From the NCBI GenBank assembly GCA_963664115.2, contig CAXWPJ010000007.1:1-64000 (forward strand): DNA of 64,000 bases, in the 5' to 3' direction. Shown one piece after another: positions 29,323 through 39,875 of the stretch; position 1 is the first letter of the stretch; each line of letters starts with the position of its first letter. The notes below the pieces were generated by a model that worked only from the letters and a program-made list of their open reading frames with translations, was not told the DNA's origin and did no database searches. The stretch is from Terriglobia bacterium (GTDB lineage: Bacteria; Acidobacteriota; Terriglobia; 20CM-2-55-15). The position numbers were made by a program, and so were the translations under genes.

Positions 29323-30197
29323 CCGTAGAAGCGTTTCGGAGCGCCCGAGAGCTCCGGACGTATCTTGACAGCTCACCCTTCGGGGATAAACCCCTGGGGC
29401 TGGTTCCCACGATGGGTGCACTTCACGAAGGGCACGGAAGCCTGATTCAACTGGCCCGAGAAGAATGTGGGACGGTGATCGTCAGTCTGTTTGTCAACTC
29501 GCTGCAGTTTGGACCCACGGAAGATTTAAGGAACTACCCGAGGCGCTTTGACGCTGACCTGCTCTTCTGCGAAAGGCGCAGTGTCGACGCGCTGTTTGCG
29601 CCCTCTGAGGAAGAAATGTATCCGTCGGGAACACCTACGCTTGTTGAAGTGGGTCCAGAAGCCGAGGGTTTGTGCGGCGCATCCCGGCCAGGCCATTTTC
29701 AGGGCGTTGCGACTACCGTTCTGAAGTTGTTCAACATCGTGCGGCCGGACCGGGCTTACTTCGGTGAAAAAGACATGCAACAGCTTGCCGTGATCTCGCG
29801 GATGGCACGCGACATGAACCTGTCAGTGGACATCGTGACTGGCCCGACCCAACGCGATCCCGATGGAATGGCCATCAGTTCGCGGAATGAATACCTGAGC
29901 ACTGAAGAGCGCCAGATCGCACCTGTCCTCTATCGGGCATTGCGTGTCGCGCGTCAACGCATCGGGGACGGCGACCGGGATCCGCTTCTGCCCAAGAACG
30001 CGGCACTGAAAGTTCTGGAATTCGAACCGCTGGTGAGGGTCGAATATATCGAAATCGTGAATCCTGAGGACATGCGGGCCGTAGACGAGATTGCAGGTCC
30101 GGTACGCGTGGCGGCAGCGATCCGGATCGGAGATACACGCCTGATCGATAATGTCCTCTGCGAACCGTCAAACAAATCGAGGCGACGCCGGAAATGA
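29319..30197 (+). CDS. panC: Pantoate--beta-alanine ligase
   Basis: VPTMGALHEGH, FGEKD, SSRN, RLIDN. Confidence 0.97.
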   Translation: MTVEAFRSARELRTYLDSSPFGDKPLGLVPTMGALHEGHGSLIQLAREECGTVIVSLFVNSLQFGPTEDLRNYPRRFDADLLFCERRSVDALFAPSEEEMYPSGTPTLVEVGPEAEGLCGASRPGHFQGVATTVLKLFNIVRPDRAYFGEKDMQQLAVISRMARDMNLSVDIVTGPTQRDPDGMAISSRNEYLSTEERQIAPVLYRALRVARQRIGDGDRDPLLPKNAALKVLEFEPLVRVEYIEIVNPEDMRAVDEIAGPVRVAAAIRIGDTRLIDNVLCEPSNKSRRRRK

Positions 30198-30415
30198 CTG
30201 ATCGTCGCACTGCGTATACCGTTAAGCTGTTTGACGGATAATGTCATGGGCGCGTTGGGCATGGTCTGGCCAGAGACCGATAGCCTCCCTTTAACTGCGT
30301 TCGCATCTGGAAATCGGATCCCGGCGCGCAGACTTTGTGAAGGGCTGTCAAGTTCAACGTATGTTAGGATATGCCGCTCTGAGATACGGAATGGAGACGG
30401 AAAACTTTTCCTGAA

Positions 30416-31255
30416 ATGAGAAAGAAAAAGAAAAGAATCCAGGTGGCTCACAGTCCCGACTCTGACGACGCGTTCATGTTTTACGCTATGGCGACGCGCA
30501 AGCTCGATACCGGAGACCGAAGCTACCACCACACGCTCGCGGACATCGAAACACTGAACAAGAAGGCCATGAACGGAGAGTTTGAGGTGAGCGCGGTTTC
30601 ATTCCATGCCTATGCGTACATGGCCGATAAATACGCGGTCCTCAGCTCCGGCGGGAGTATGGGATCCAACTATGGCCCCGTGCTGGTATCCGCCAAGCCT
30701 TTGCGGCGCGATCGCCTGGGCCGGAAAAAAATCGCGATTCCGGGCACCTTGACCACAGCCTTTCTCACGCTTCGACTTTTTTCACCAGACGTCACTTACG
30801 AAGTCGTGCCGTTTGACCAAATTCTGGATGTGCTCCCCGAAGGGGAGTTCGATGCCGGACTTTTGATCCACGAAGGGCAGTTGAACTATCGGGATCTTGG
30901 ATTTCACAAAGTGATCGACCTGGGTGAATGGTGGCATGATGAGACGGGATTACCCCTGCCCCTGGGTGGAAATGTCGTGCGGCGCGATCTGGGCACCACC
31001 TTGATGAAGCAGATTTCGAAAGACATCAGAGCGAGCATCAAGTACGGCTTGGATCACCGGGCGGAAGCTATGGAATACGCTCTCGAATTCGCGCGCGGGC
31101 TCGACGCCCAACGGGCCGATCGCTTTGTCGGCATGTACGTGAATGAACTCTCCCTGGATTATGGTGGCCAGGGACGTAAGGCTGTTCGCCGCCTGCTGCG
31201 GGATGCCCACAAGGCGGGTTTGATTCCGAAGCCGCCGCGTATCGAATTCGTGTAG
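30416..31255 (+). CDS. mqnD: MqnA/MqnD-family futalosine-pathway menaquinone enzyme (MqnD-like)
   Basis: AHSPDSDDAFMFY, YGP, LIHEGQ, LPLPLG, MYVN. Confidence 0.8.
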   Translation: MRKKKKRIQVAHSPDSDDAFMFYAMATRKLDTGDRSYHHTLADIETLNKKAMNGEFEVSAVSFHAYAYMADKYAVLSSGGSMGSNYGPVLVSAKPLRRDRLGRKKIAIPGTLTTAFLTLRLFSPDVTYEVVPFDQILDVLPEGEFDAGLLIHEGQLNYRDLGFHKVIDLGEWWHDETGLPLPLGGNVVRRDLGTTLMKQISKDIRASIKYGLDHRAEAMEYALEFARGLDAQRADRFVGMYVNELSLDYGGQGRKAVRRLLRDAHKAGLIPKPPRIEFV

Positions 31256-31288
31256 TTGTAAAATTCCTCCCACAACCCTTAATTCAAT

Positions 31289-31774
31289 ATGGACCAAGAG
31301 GCACGAAGGCATCAGGCCGAAGACGATCTCGGACAAGCCTACCGACTCCAGATGAACGGCGAACTCTCCCGAGCGGTCGCACTCTATAAGCAATCGATCG
31401 CGTCACACCCGACCGCCGAAGCCCATACATTTCTGGGCTGGACCTATAGCCAGCAGGGTCGTCTCGACGACGCTATCGAGGAATGCCGCGAGGCGATTCG
31501 CGTGGATCCTTCCTTCGGAAACCCCTACAACGACATCGGAGCCTATCTCATGCAGCGGGGGGACATCGATGAAGCGATCGATTGGTTTCATCAGGCGCTT
31601 CGAGCCCCACGATATGAGAGCTATTGTTTTCCCCATGTAAACCTCGGCCGTGTTTACGAGGGGAAACGGATGTGGGTGCGGGCTCTCGGAGAGTACCATC
31701 GGGCCGTCCGGGAAAATTCGGAGTACAAACCTGCCCTGGAAGGCATCGCCCGCATTCGTGGCCTATTGAATTGA
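31289..31774 (+). CDS. TPR protein
   Basis: AEAHTFLGWTY, FGNPYNDIGAYL repeats. Confidence 0.88.
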   Translation: MDQEARRHQAEDDLGQAYRLQMNGELSRAVALYKQSIASHPTAEAHTFLGWTYSQQGRLDDAIEECREAIRVDPSFGNPYNDIGAYLMQRGDIDEAIDWFHQALRAPRYESYCFPHVNLGRVYEGKRMWVRALGEYHRAVRENSEYKPALEGIARIRGLLN

Positions 31775-31837
31775 ATCATTTGCAATTCCCCGAGGGCTTG
31801 AAAGCGTGGGTTCAGGACGGCCCTGGAATCGACGAGG

Positions 31838-31884
31838 CACCCGCATATTGGGGAGATTTTTATCGATGCCACAAGATATGGGCG
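31838..31884. promoter_or_regulatory. Tandem NrdR boxes
   Basis: CACCCGCATATTGGGG (31838) and CCACAAGATATGGGCG (31869), 31 bp apart, resemble acaCwAtATaTwGtgt and sit upstream of an RNR gene. Confidence 0.6.
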
Positions 31885-31974
31885 TAAGGTAGACCTAATC
31901 TGTCCCTAACCGAATCTAGGGTTGGGAGCGCACCGGCGCATCCGGCGACGCTCAGACTTCGGAGGGGACAGACA

Positions 31975-34752
31975 ATGAAGCAGGGGACCAAGGGGATAGG
32001 GCAGGGCATACAGGAGGAGGTACAGGCGGCAATGACGGACGGAAACGGGCATGTAACCACCGACAAGGGGCTTAAGTTCGAACGTCATTTTTCCAGCGAC
32101 GCAGTCTCGCCCTACGACGCAGTGGAATGGGAGCACCGCACGGCTTCGATCTCAAGCGATACCGGCGGCGTCGTCTTTGAACAGCGTGATGTCGAGGTTC
32201 CGAAAGACTGGTCGCAGACGGCAACCAACATTGTCGCATCCAAGTACTTTCACGGTCTCCAGGGCACCCCGGAACGTGAGACCAGTGTCAGGCAACTCAT
32301 CTCCCGCGTGACGCAAACGATGAAGAAGTGGGGTGCCACCGATGGTTATTTCTCATCCGAAACCGACGCTGATATCTTTCACGACGAGCTTTCCCACCTG
32401 CTGCTGAATCAGATGGTCGCCTTTAATTCCCCGGTGTGGTTCAACTGCGGCGTGGAAGCAAAACCCCAGTGCTCCGCGTGCTTTATTAATTCAGTGGAAG
32501 ACACCATGGGCTCGATTCTGAATCTGGCCAAGACCGAAGCGATGTTGTTCAAGTGGGGATCGGGGGCCGGGAGCAACCTGTCACCGATCCGTTCCTCGAT
32601 CGAAACGCTTTCAGGCGGAGGCATCGCTTCCGGGCCAGTCTCATTCATGAAGGGCTTTGATGCCTTTGCCGGAGTCATCAAATCAGGTGGAAAGACCCGC
32701 AGGGCAGCCAAGATGGTGATCCTGGACATGGATCATCCGGATATCGTCGAGTTCATCAACAGCAAAGCAAACGAAGAAAAGAAGGCATGGGTCTTACTCG
32801 ATCAGGGTTACAGCGGTGGCATTGATGGGGAGGCCTACTCTTCTATCTTCTTTCAGAATGCGAACCACAGTGTCCGTGTGACCGATAAATTCATGGAAGC
32901 GGTCGTCAACGACGGCAAGTGGACGACGCATGCCGTGACGACGGGTGAGCCCGTGAATACCTACCAGGCGCGCGAGCTGATGGCGATGATTTCGGATTCC
33001 TCCCACATCTGCGGTGATCCGGGCATGCAGTACGACACAACGATCAATCGTTGGCACACATGCAAGAACACTGCACCGATCAAAGCGTCGAACCCATGTT
33101 CCGAATACATGTTTCTTGACGATTCGGCCTGCAACCTGGCTTCGCTGAACCTCATGAAGTTTCGGCTCCCCGACGGCGGCTTTGACATTAAATCTTTCCG
33201 GTGGGCCGTCGCTGTAACGATTACGGCGCAGGAAATCATCGTTTCTAACGCCGGCTATCCCACGGACCGAATCGAGAAAAACTCTCACGACTTCAGGCCT
33301 CTCGGTCTGGGCTACGCCAACCTGGGAGCACTGCTGATGTCTCTGGGTATCCCCTACGACAGCGACCAGGGCCGCGACTACGCCGGGACAATTACGGCAA
33401 TCATGACGGGCCAGGCCTATCTGACTTCAGCCAAGATCGCGGATGATGCCGGGCCGTTTGCGGGATATAAGGCCAACGCAGAGCCTTTTCTTGAAGTGAT
33501 GCGGATGCACCGGGATTCGGTGAAGGGAATTGATCGCAATAATGTTCCCAGCGCAATGTACGAGTCGGCGTGGAAAGTCTGGTGCGATGCCGTCGATCAT
33601 GGAGAGCGTACGGGATATCGAAATGCCCAGGCGTCTGTACTGGCGCCGACCGGCACGATCGGGTTCATGATGGACTGCGATACCACGGGAGTAGAACCGG
33701 ACCTCGCCCTGGTCAAGTACAAAAAGCTTGTCGGTGGCGGGACGATCAAAATCGTCAACAACACCATACCCCTTGCATTGGAACGGTTGGGCTACGACGA
33801 TCCCGACGTCAAAAAGATCGTCGATTACATCAATGAGAACGGAACGATCGAAGGGGCTCCGCAATTTCTTGACGCACATCTTCCGGTGTTCGATTGCGCG
33901 TTTAAGCCGACCAACGGTGAACGCTCGATCCACTACATGGGCCACCTGCGGATGATGGGCGCGGTCCAGCCCTTTATTTCCGGAGCGATCTCAAAGACGG
34001 TCAACTTGCCCTCATCCGTGACGGCAGAAGAAATTTCCGAAACCTACACGGAAGGATGGCGGCTTGGCTTGAAGTCGGTGGCGATATACCGTGACGCTTC
34101 AAAGCGCACGCAGCCCCTCTCGACCACCGATAGCGATACGCGTGAACGTGGCGCGGGCGATCGGCCCGTGCGCCGCCATCTTGCCGCCGAGCGTCACGCG
34201 ATCACACACAAGTTCGACATCGCGGGTCATGAAGGCTACATCACCGTAGGCATGTATGAGGACGGGGCGCCGGGCGAGATCTTCATCGTGATGGCCAAGG
34301 AAGGGTCGACATTGTCGGGGGTGATGGACAGCTTTGCGACTTCCTGCTCGATGGCGCTGCAATACGGCGTGCCACTGCAGGTGCTTGTGGACAAGTTCAC
34401 CCATACACGATTCGAACCCTCCGGTTTCACGTCCAACCCCCAGGTGCCCTATGCCAAATCGATCATGGACTATATTTTCCGCTATCTGGCATCCCGTTTT
34501 CTGACGACAGAGGAAGCCGCTGCGGTGGGTGTTCAGATCGAAGAATCGCCCGGCGTGAAATTGGGGCCGTCACCGCTATCAGGCCCGGCGCCCCAAAGCA
34601 AAGCCCAGCAACCGGGACCGGCCCGGGCTGGCGCGCTCGTAGACATCGAAGATCAGGACGCGCCGGTGTGTTTTGACTGTGGTTCGCTGATGGTCCGCAG
34701 CGGCGCCTGCTACAAGTGCCTCAATTGTGGCTCGACGAGTGGCTGTTCGTAG
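31975..34752 (+). CDS. nrdJ: Vitamin B12-dependent class II ribonucleotide reductase
   Basis: QCSACFI, SNPCSEY, APTGTI, TSCPD-like domain, C-terminal Zn finger and GCS; start may be 32032. Confidence 0.96.
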   Translation: MKQGTKGIGQGIQEEVQAAMTDGNGHVTTDKGLKFERHFSSDAVSPYDAVEWEHRTASISSDTGGVVFEQRDVEVPKDWSQTATNIVASKYFHGLQGTPERETSVRQLISRVTQTMKKWGATDGYFSSETDADIFHDELSHLLLNQMVAFNSPVWFNCGVEAKPQCSACFINSVEDTMGSILNLAKTEAMLFKWGSGAGSNLSPIRSSIETLSGGGIASGPVSFMKGFDAFAGVIKSGGKTRRAAKMVILDMDHPDIVEFINSKANEEKKAWVLLDQGYSGGIDGEAYSSIFFQNANHSVRVTDKFMEAVVNDGKWTTHAVTTGEPVNTYQARELMAMISDSSHICGDPGMQYDTTINRWHTCKNTAPIKASNPCSEYMFLDDSACNLASLNLMKFRLPDGGFDIKSFRWAVAVTITAQEIIVSNAGYPTDRIEKNSHDFRPLGLGYANLGALLMSLGIPYDSDQGRDYAGTITAIMTGQAYLTSAKIADDAGPFAGYKANAEPFLEVMRMHRDSVKGIDRNNVPSAMYESAWKVWCDAVDHGERTGYRNAQASVLAPTGTIGFMMDCDTTGVEPDLALVKYKKLVGGGTIKIVNNTIPLALERLGYDDPDVKKIVDYINENGTIEGAPQFLDAHLPVFDCAFKPTNGERSIHYMGHLRMMGAVQPFISGAISKTVNLPSSVTAEEISETYTEGWRLGLKSVAIYRDASKRTQPLSTTDSDTRERGAGDRPVRRHLAAERHAITHKFDIAGHEGYITVGMYEDGAPGEIFIVMAKEGSTLSGVMDSFATSCSMALQYGVPLQVLVDKFTHTRFEPSGFTSNPQVPYAKSIMDYIFRYLASRFLTTEEAAAVGVQIEESPGVKLGPSPLSGPAPQSKAQQPGPARAGALVDIEDQDAPVCFDCGSLMVRSGACYKCLNCGSTSGCS

Positions 34753-34812
34753 TGTGCTGAGTTCGAAAGTTCAACCGACTATTCATTGCTCGGACTGGTT
34801 TGGAGGCTAGCC

Positions 34813-35445
34813 TTGAGTTCAGACAGCTCACACATTCGAAGAGTTTTGGAATTGGCAAGGTCGGAAATCAACCAACAGCGCCCCGACGCTGCCCACGGGC
34901 ATCTAAAAACCGTCCACCACGAAATCGAAGAACAAGACGACCAGCAACTGGCAGCTGAGTACCAACTCCTCGTAGCCGAAACGTTTAAAGCGAAACAGGA
35001 CCCGGCCGCCGAGCAGTTTTTTCAGGAAGCCATTCGGTTACTTGAGCAGATTGAACCTTCGCCCACAGACCTGCTGCTGCGAGCTTTGGAACACTATGGC
35101 GACGACCTCTGCAGTCGACGCATTCCTTCCAAGGCACGCGAGCCGTATTCGAAGGCCCGACGGATTGCCACCGAGTTTCATTTCGAAGAGGATAACGCCC
35201 GGCTGCACCTGAAACTAATCCGAATCGATCTAGAAACCCATAGCAATCTCGAGCTTGAGAATTTCAAGACGATGAAGTGCGTAGTCGAGAGGTCCGGATT
35301 TACCTCCATTCAGCAGTTGCTCGTATGGATGATGCACAGCGATCAAGTTAAGGAATCCAGTTGGGGCCTGCGCGCCGCTCGCGGGAAGAGTTCGGCAAAC
35401 GAGCTCTACTTCCAAGATCTCTTTCAGAAGATGTCCGAACGGTAA
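34813..35445 (+). CDS. TPR-like helical protein
   Basis: GGAGG SD before TTG; helical repeats AEQFFQEAI, AREPYSKA. Confidence 0.6.
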   Translation: MSSDSSHIRRVLELARSEINQQRPDAAHGHLKTVHHEIEEQDDQQLAAEYQLLVAETFKAKQDPAAEQFFQEAIRLLEQIEPSPTDLLLRALEHYGDDLCSRRIPSKAREPYSKARRIATEFHFEEDNARLHLKLIRIDLETHSNLELENFKTMKCVVERSGFTSIQQLLVWMMHSDQVKESSWGLRAARGKSSANELYFQDLFQKMSER

Positions 35446-35450
35446 GTTCG

Positions 35451-36236
35451 ATGAGACAAGACAGAACTAACCGCTACGTTCGGTCCATCCTGAAACGTAC
35501 AGGCGAAGCGAACCTGAGTAAGGCTGTTGAGAAGACCGTTGACCAATACAGAGCTGCTGGAGAATCTCTAGAACAAGCCGCTTACCGCTTAGGCATCGCA
35601 CGTATTACTTCGAAGCCGATGCCCTTCGATGGTGGTATATACGAATCAGGAAATGAGTTGGAAATCAGGCTAAACTCGCTTAGTCCTCTGAAGCGACGAC
35701 GATTCACACTCGCTCACGAAATCGGACATTTGATTCTCGAAGAGCACGTCAGAAACACGCGTAACTGCACAGATGACTCGGGTCTGGAGAGAACGTGCGA
35801 CCTGATGGCCGCTGAGCTATTGATGCCGGCAGGCGAGGTAAGACGCTACGCAGGAAGTCTCGAAGGGCAGACGCCAGCTAACTTGCAGGCAATCGCCACT
35901 CACTTTGAAGTTTCCTTGCATGCCACCGCCCTTCGACTTCACAAGGACCTGCAGATTTGGAAGAAGTCGATCGGGATGTGGGAGCGTAAGCGGGAGGCCC
36001 GCGAGCTTTGGTTTGTGGGCCACCGCCCATGGACCAGTTCTCGACAGGACTTTCATGCATTCGTTCGCGCCCAGCGCTCTGAGTCGAGCGTTACGGCTCG
36101 AGAGTTTTGCTGGAAAGGCGCTGGACTTCAGGCCGTGTCGCTTGAGCTAATGAATCTTGGCAATTATCGTTTGTTGGGAACAGTTTCGGAAGGCATTTCG
36201 CCCAAGCTCGCCGCGCCTGAACCGGCATCCATGTAA
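35451..36236 (+). CDS. ImmA/IrrE-family metallopeptidase
   Basis: RRRFTLAHEIGH...ERTCDLMAAELLMP...FEVS. Confidence 0.88.
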   Translation: MRQDRTNRYVRSILKRTGEANLSKAVEKTVDQYRAAGESLEQAAYRLGIARITSKPMPFDGGIYESGNELEIRLNSLSPLKRRRFTLAHEIGHLILEEHVRNTRNCTDDSGLERTCDLMAAELLMPAGEVRRYAGSLEGQTPANLQAIATHFEVSLHATALRLHKDLQIWKKSIGMWERKREARELWFVGHRPWTSSRQDFHAFVRAQRSESSVTAREFCWKGAGLQAVSLELMNLGNYRLLGTVSEGISPKLAAPEPASM

Positions 36237-36351
36237 CGGTAAATGAAACTTTCTCCACGCTCCTGAATTGAATACGGGTGACGCTGCTGTTGCGTAGTCA
36301 TCACGGGAGCAGCTCGGCGATCCACAGGAACCTTTTGTAAGTGTTTTCAAC

Positions 36352-36377
36352 TCGGGCGCTCAAATCAGAGCGCCCGA
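36352..36377. terminator. Perfect 10-bp hairpin, possible terminator
   Basis: TCGGGCGCTC-AAATCA-GAGCGCCCGA; no U tract. Confidence 0.4.
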
Positions 36378-36423
36378 TTGATCTTGCCGCCGCAATCGAA
36401 CTCACCTCAGGTAATAATCTGAC

Positions 36424-36580
36424 CCCATTCTAGTGATGAAGTTCGGTGGCTCGTCAGTCGGGTCCATCGAGAGTAATCGGACCGCGGCATCGGCGGTTTC
36501 CGATTCGCTGAATGCGGAACCGGTCATGTTCCGATCCGCCATGGGCGGTGTTACTGACTGCTTGGTTAAAAGCGAAGACA
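36424..36580 (+). pseudogene. lysC: Aspartokinase N-terminal remnant
   Basis: LVMKFGGSSV...SAMGGVTD.L, only about 50 codons. Confidence 0.75.
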
Positions 36581-36668
36581 AGGCCTATCGTGGTCAAACG
36601 GGAAGGTCGCGCCTGAGGTGCACCGCCTCACACACGATGGGCTTGAACTGTTTCGACAGGCGTTTATC

Positions 36669-37730
36669 TTAGCTTGATACAGAGGGCATCTCGCCGCCCC
36701 GAAACCGGAGGCCGCGGCGGTAGCCTTCCAATTCTGCCCGTTCCACGTTTTTTCGAACCACTTTCGACAGGGCAGAACTCGGGTCTTCGATGAACGCTTT
36801 GACTTCGCTTAACTGCACGTCGACACGCGCGATCTCCGCGTCGATATCGGTGCCGGACTCTCCGCCAGAGGCGGTCGACGTTGCGGAGGCGGGGCCGGAT
36901 TCGGCGAGCTTTTGCTCCAGCTGCTCTTTCTGGAAAGTCAGTTCCTTCAATTTCCATTCGTATTCTGCCGTCAACTTCTCTCTCAGATCGGCTTCGAGAT
37001 CCGCCACGCCCGCAGTATGTTTCGTTTCTTCTACGAGTGCTTTCAGGGCAGCGCGCTCCTCTTCCCACGCCAGTCCGGACGCGGCCAGTTCTTCTTCGAG
37101 TCGGCCTCGGGCATCCTCGGTTTCAGCCACTCGAGTCAGTAGCTCTTCGCGGATCGCGTCGAGTTCAGCCCGGTCGATCCTGGATTCCTGATCGGCAAGC
37201 GCTTCTTTCATGCCCTCGAGACTGTGCTGGAGTCGTTCACGCTCCGCCGAAGCTTCCTGAACCCGCAGTTTGGCCTGGGCTTCGACTTTCTGAACCCGCG
37301 CTGTTACTTCGGCTTCCTGGACATCAGCGGCCCGACTTTCCGTTCGGGCCTTCCGGAGTGCCACCTCCAGATCCTCGATTTCTTCGTTGAGCCTTCGGCG
37401 TTCCTGCCGCCATTTCTCCGAAGATTCTTCGAGTTCCTGCTCAGCCTCGCCCAGCTTGGCCGCGTATTCCGAACCGAGGTCGCCTGAGCCGCTGCCCGGC
37501 GACACTTCCTTCGCCTCAATCAGCGCAGCCTCAAGCTTCTGTATCTGTATCTGAAGCTCATTGCGTTCGGCTTGCCAATCAGTGCTGGAATCGATTTCTT
37601 TCATTCCTTGTCCGGTCTGGCTCCGCGTGACCGCTTCCACACCCCCCGGGCGGGACTTCAACATATTTAGTAGGGAACCGCCCATCCAGGGCGCCTCGCT
37701 GTCCTTCCGCTGCCGGGAGCGATCAATCAT
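36669..37730 (-). CDS. Long coiled-coil protein
   Basis: E/A/R/L-rich heptads; 353 aa. Confidence 0.75.
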   Translation of the reverse strand: MIDRSRQRKDSEAPWMGGSLLNMLKSRPGGVEAVTRSQTGQGMKEIDSSTDWQAERNELQIQIQKLEAALIEAKEVSPGSGSGDLGSEYAAKLGEAEQELEESSEKWRQERRRLNEEIEDLEVALRKARTESRAADVQEAEVTARVQKVEAQAKLRVQEASAERERLQHSLEGMKEALADQESRIDRAELDAIREELLTRVAETEDARGRLEEELAASGLAWEEERAALKALVEETKHTAGVADLEADLREKLTAEYEWKLKELTFQKEQLEQKLAESGPASATSTASGGESGTDIDAEIARVDVQLSEVKAFIEDPSSALSKVVRKNVERAELEGYRRGLRFRGGEMPSVSS

Positions 37731-37855
37731 AACTCAGTTGCTAATTTCGGAAAGGAACATATGCGGGCTGGAACCTTAGAGGTCAGGGTTGGAGGACAAA
37801 ATCCGAAATCCGAATCCTCTTCCGGACCGCCGGCCTGATCCCGTCTAAAGACCAA

Positions 37856-37873
37856 TAATCGTATATATGATTA
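37856..37873. promoter_or_regulatory. Candidate operator of the mod operon
   Basis: Near-palindrome TAATCGTATATATGATTA in an AT-rich promoter. Confidence 0.45.
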
Positions 37874-37916
37874 AAAACTAACTGTATTAAACCATATTAA
37901 ATAGTATTATATCGCT

Positions 37917-38321
37917 ATGGAATTACTGCGTCCCTCGGAAGCCGCAAAAGAACTGGGTGTGAGCTATCCCACGCTGAAGCAATGGATCTATCGGGGCCGA
38001 CTCCAGTCGGTGACAACGCCGGGAGGTCATCACCGCATACCCCGCGCAGAGATCGATCGCATTTCCCGTGAAGGGGCCCGCGGGCCATCCCAAAAAAGAA
38101 AACGCGGGGACGGGGCCAGAATCAGTGGACGCAACAAATTACGCGGTCGTGTCGTGGACGTGCGGCACGAGGGGCTCTTGTCACAAATTCAGATCGATGT
38201 GGGCGGGCAGATCGTGACGTCCATAATTACTCGGGCCGGCGCTGATGAGATGCGGCTTCGTGTGGGCGTTGAGGCGTCGGCACTGATCAAAGCCACCGAG
38301 GTCATGATAATCCGTGGTTGA
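37917..38321 (+). CDS. Molybdate regulator (excisionase-type HTH + TOBE)
   Basis: TPGGHHRI HTH; ISGRNKLRG...IKATEV TOBE domain. Confidence 0.9.
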   Translation: MELLRPSEAAKELGVSYPTLKQWIYRGRLQSVTTPGGHHRIPRAEIDRISREGARGPSQKRKRGDGARISGRNKLRGRVVDVRHEGLLSQIQIDVGGQIVTSIITRAGADEMRLRVGVEASALIKATEVMIIRG

Positions 38322-39120
38322 ACCCCCACCCTTAATGCGGTCCACAAAGAAGCGCATGGCCACGTTGCTGCTGTGTCTCAGCTTGTGGAGCCCGCCACGG
38401 GCGGGCGCCGAGGATATTGTGGTCGCTGCCGCGTCCGACCTGAGCTTTGCCATACGCGATATCATCGAGGATTTCGAGGCCAGCACGCCACACACAGTGC
38501 GGCTTTCCCTGGGTTCCTCGGGCAATTTCTTTACACAGATCCAGAACGGGGCACCCTTCGATGTCTATTTGTCCGCCGATATTAATTACCCGGAGCAACT
38601 GGCAGCATCCGGTCTGACCGAAGCGGGGTCGTTATTTGCTTATGCCTTCGGCCGGATCGTGGTCTGGGCACGGAACGGGTCTTCTACCGACCCGACGTCG
38701 CTTGGGATGACGGCAATCGCTGAAGACATGGGGAAACTGTCTATTGCGAATCCCAGACACGCGCCTTACGGGCGGGCTGCGCAGTCCGCGCTGGAGTATT
38801 ACCAGCTCTGGGAGAGTGTTTCCGGGCGCCTGGTCCTGGCAGAAAATGTCGCGCAGGCGGCCCAGTTTGCGGAGTCGGGCGCGGCGTCGATCGCAATCAT
38901 CGCTCTTTCTCTGGCGTCCTCTGACCCCTTGCGCCGGGCGGGACGCTTCTGGGAGATCCCCAGCCAGGCCCATCCCCAGTTGGCCCAAGGAGGCGTCATC
39001 CTCCCTCATGCCCGGAGCACGGGCAGGCTGGGTGCGGCGCTGACCTTCACATCCTGGATGCAAAGCGAGAGTGCCCGGATCGTCCTCGAACGCTATGGTT
39101 TTTCGCTGCCATCGGATTGA
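38314..39120 (+). CDS. modA: Molybdate ABC transporter substrate-binding protein
   Basis: AAASDL, GSSG, GAPFDV, ANPRHAPYG; start uncertain. Confidence 0.95.
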   Translation: MVEPPPLMRSTKKRMATLLLCLSLWSPPRAGAEDIVVAAASDLSFAIRDIIEDFEASTPHTVRLSLGSSGNFFTQIQNGAPFDVYLSADINYPEQLAASGLTEAGSLFAYAFGRIVVWARNGSSTDPTSLGMTAIAEDMGKLSIANPRHAPYGRAAQSALEYYQLWESVSGRLVLAENVAQAAQFAESGAASIAIIALSLASSDPLRRAGRFWEIPSQAHPQLAQGGVILPHARSTGRLGAALTFTSWMQSESARIVLERYGFSLPSD

Positions 39121-39126
39121 AAAATC

Positions 39127-39792
39127 ATGAACACCACAGCACTGGCGACGAGTCTGCAACTGGCGGGGGCCACGTCCATCATTCTGCTGTTTGTCGGTTT
39201 GCCCACCGCGTACTGGTTGGCCTATTCGAGACGGCGGTGGAAGTTTCTCATCGAAGCTCTCGTCGCACTCCCGATCGTCCTGCCGCCGACCGTGTTGGGG
39301 TTCTATATTCTCGTCGCCATGGGGCCGAGAAGTCCGGCGGGCCAATGGTACGAACGGTTCGCAGGACAGCCGTTTCCGTTCACGTTTGAAGGCCTGGTCC
39401 TGGCTTCGACTCTGTTCAGCTTTCCCTTCGCAGTGCAACCGATGGCTGCCGCGTTTGCCGCGGTGGACCGGCGCTTGCTCGAAGCCTCGTGGCTGCTGGG
39501 TGTCTCCCGATTCGGAACGTTCCGCCGAGTCATCGTGCCGCAGTCTATCGGAGGCCTGGTCACGGGTTTTGTTCTCAGTTTCGCGCACACCATCGGAGAA
39601 TTCGGCGTGGTTCTGATGGTGGGCGGCAACATTGAAGGCGTCACTCGCACTGTTTCGATTGATATCTACGACGAAGTGCAGGCCTTTAATTATTCCGCGG
39701 CAAACCAAACCGCCCTCGTGCTGCTGGTCTTTTCCTTTGCGGTCCTTGCATCCGTCTACGCGATCAACCGGAAGATCTGGGGCCTCTGGTAG
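39127..39792 (+). CDS. modB: Molybdate ABC transporter permease
   Basis: LPPTVLGF, FAHTIGEFG. Confidence 0.95.
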   Translation: MNTTALATSLQLAGATSIILLFVGLPTAYWLAYSRRRWKFLIEALVALPIVLPPTVLGFYILVAMGPRSPAGQWYERFAGQPFPFTFEGLVLASTLFSFPFAVQPMAAAFAAVDRRLLEASWLLGVSRFGTFRRVIVPQSIGGLVTGFVLSFAHTIGEFGVVLMVGGNIEGVTRTVSIDIYDEVQAFNYSAANQTALVLLVFSFAVLASVYAINRKIWGLW

Positions 39793-39875
39793 GAGGAGGG
39801 ACGGACACTTCATGCGACTTGGTGACCTGGCGATTGTATTTCTCCTGAAGTGTCCGTCCCCTTGAGTAGAAACGT

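Noticed and set aside
31780-31975. Cobalamin riboswitch before nrdJ
   Set aside because: No B12-box seen; NrdR-like boxes explain the region
37740-37850. Moco/Wco riboswitch before the mod operon, and the ATCCGAA tandem
   Set aside because: Conserved riboswitch elements were not recognisable, the regulator looks leaderless, and the repeat has only two copies
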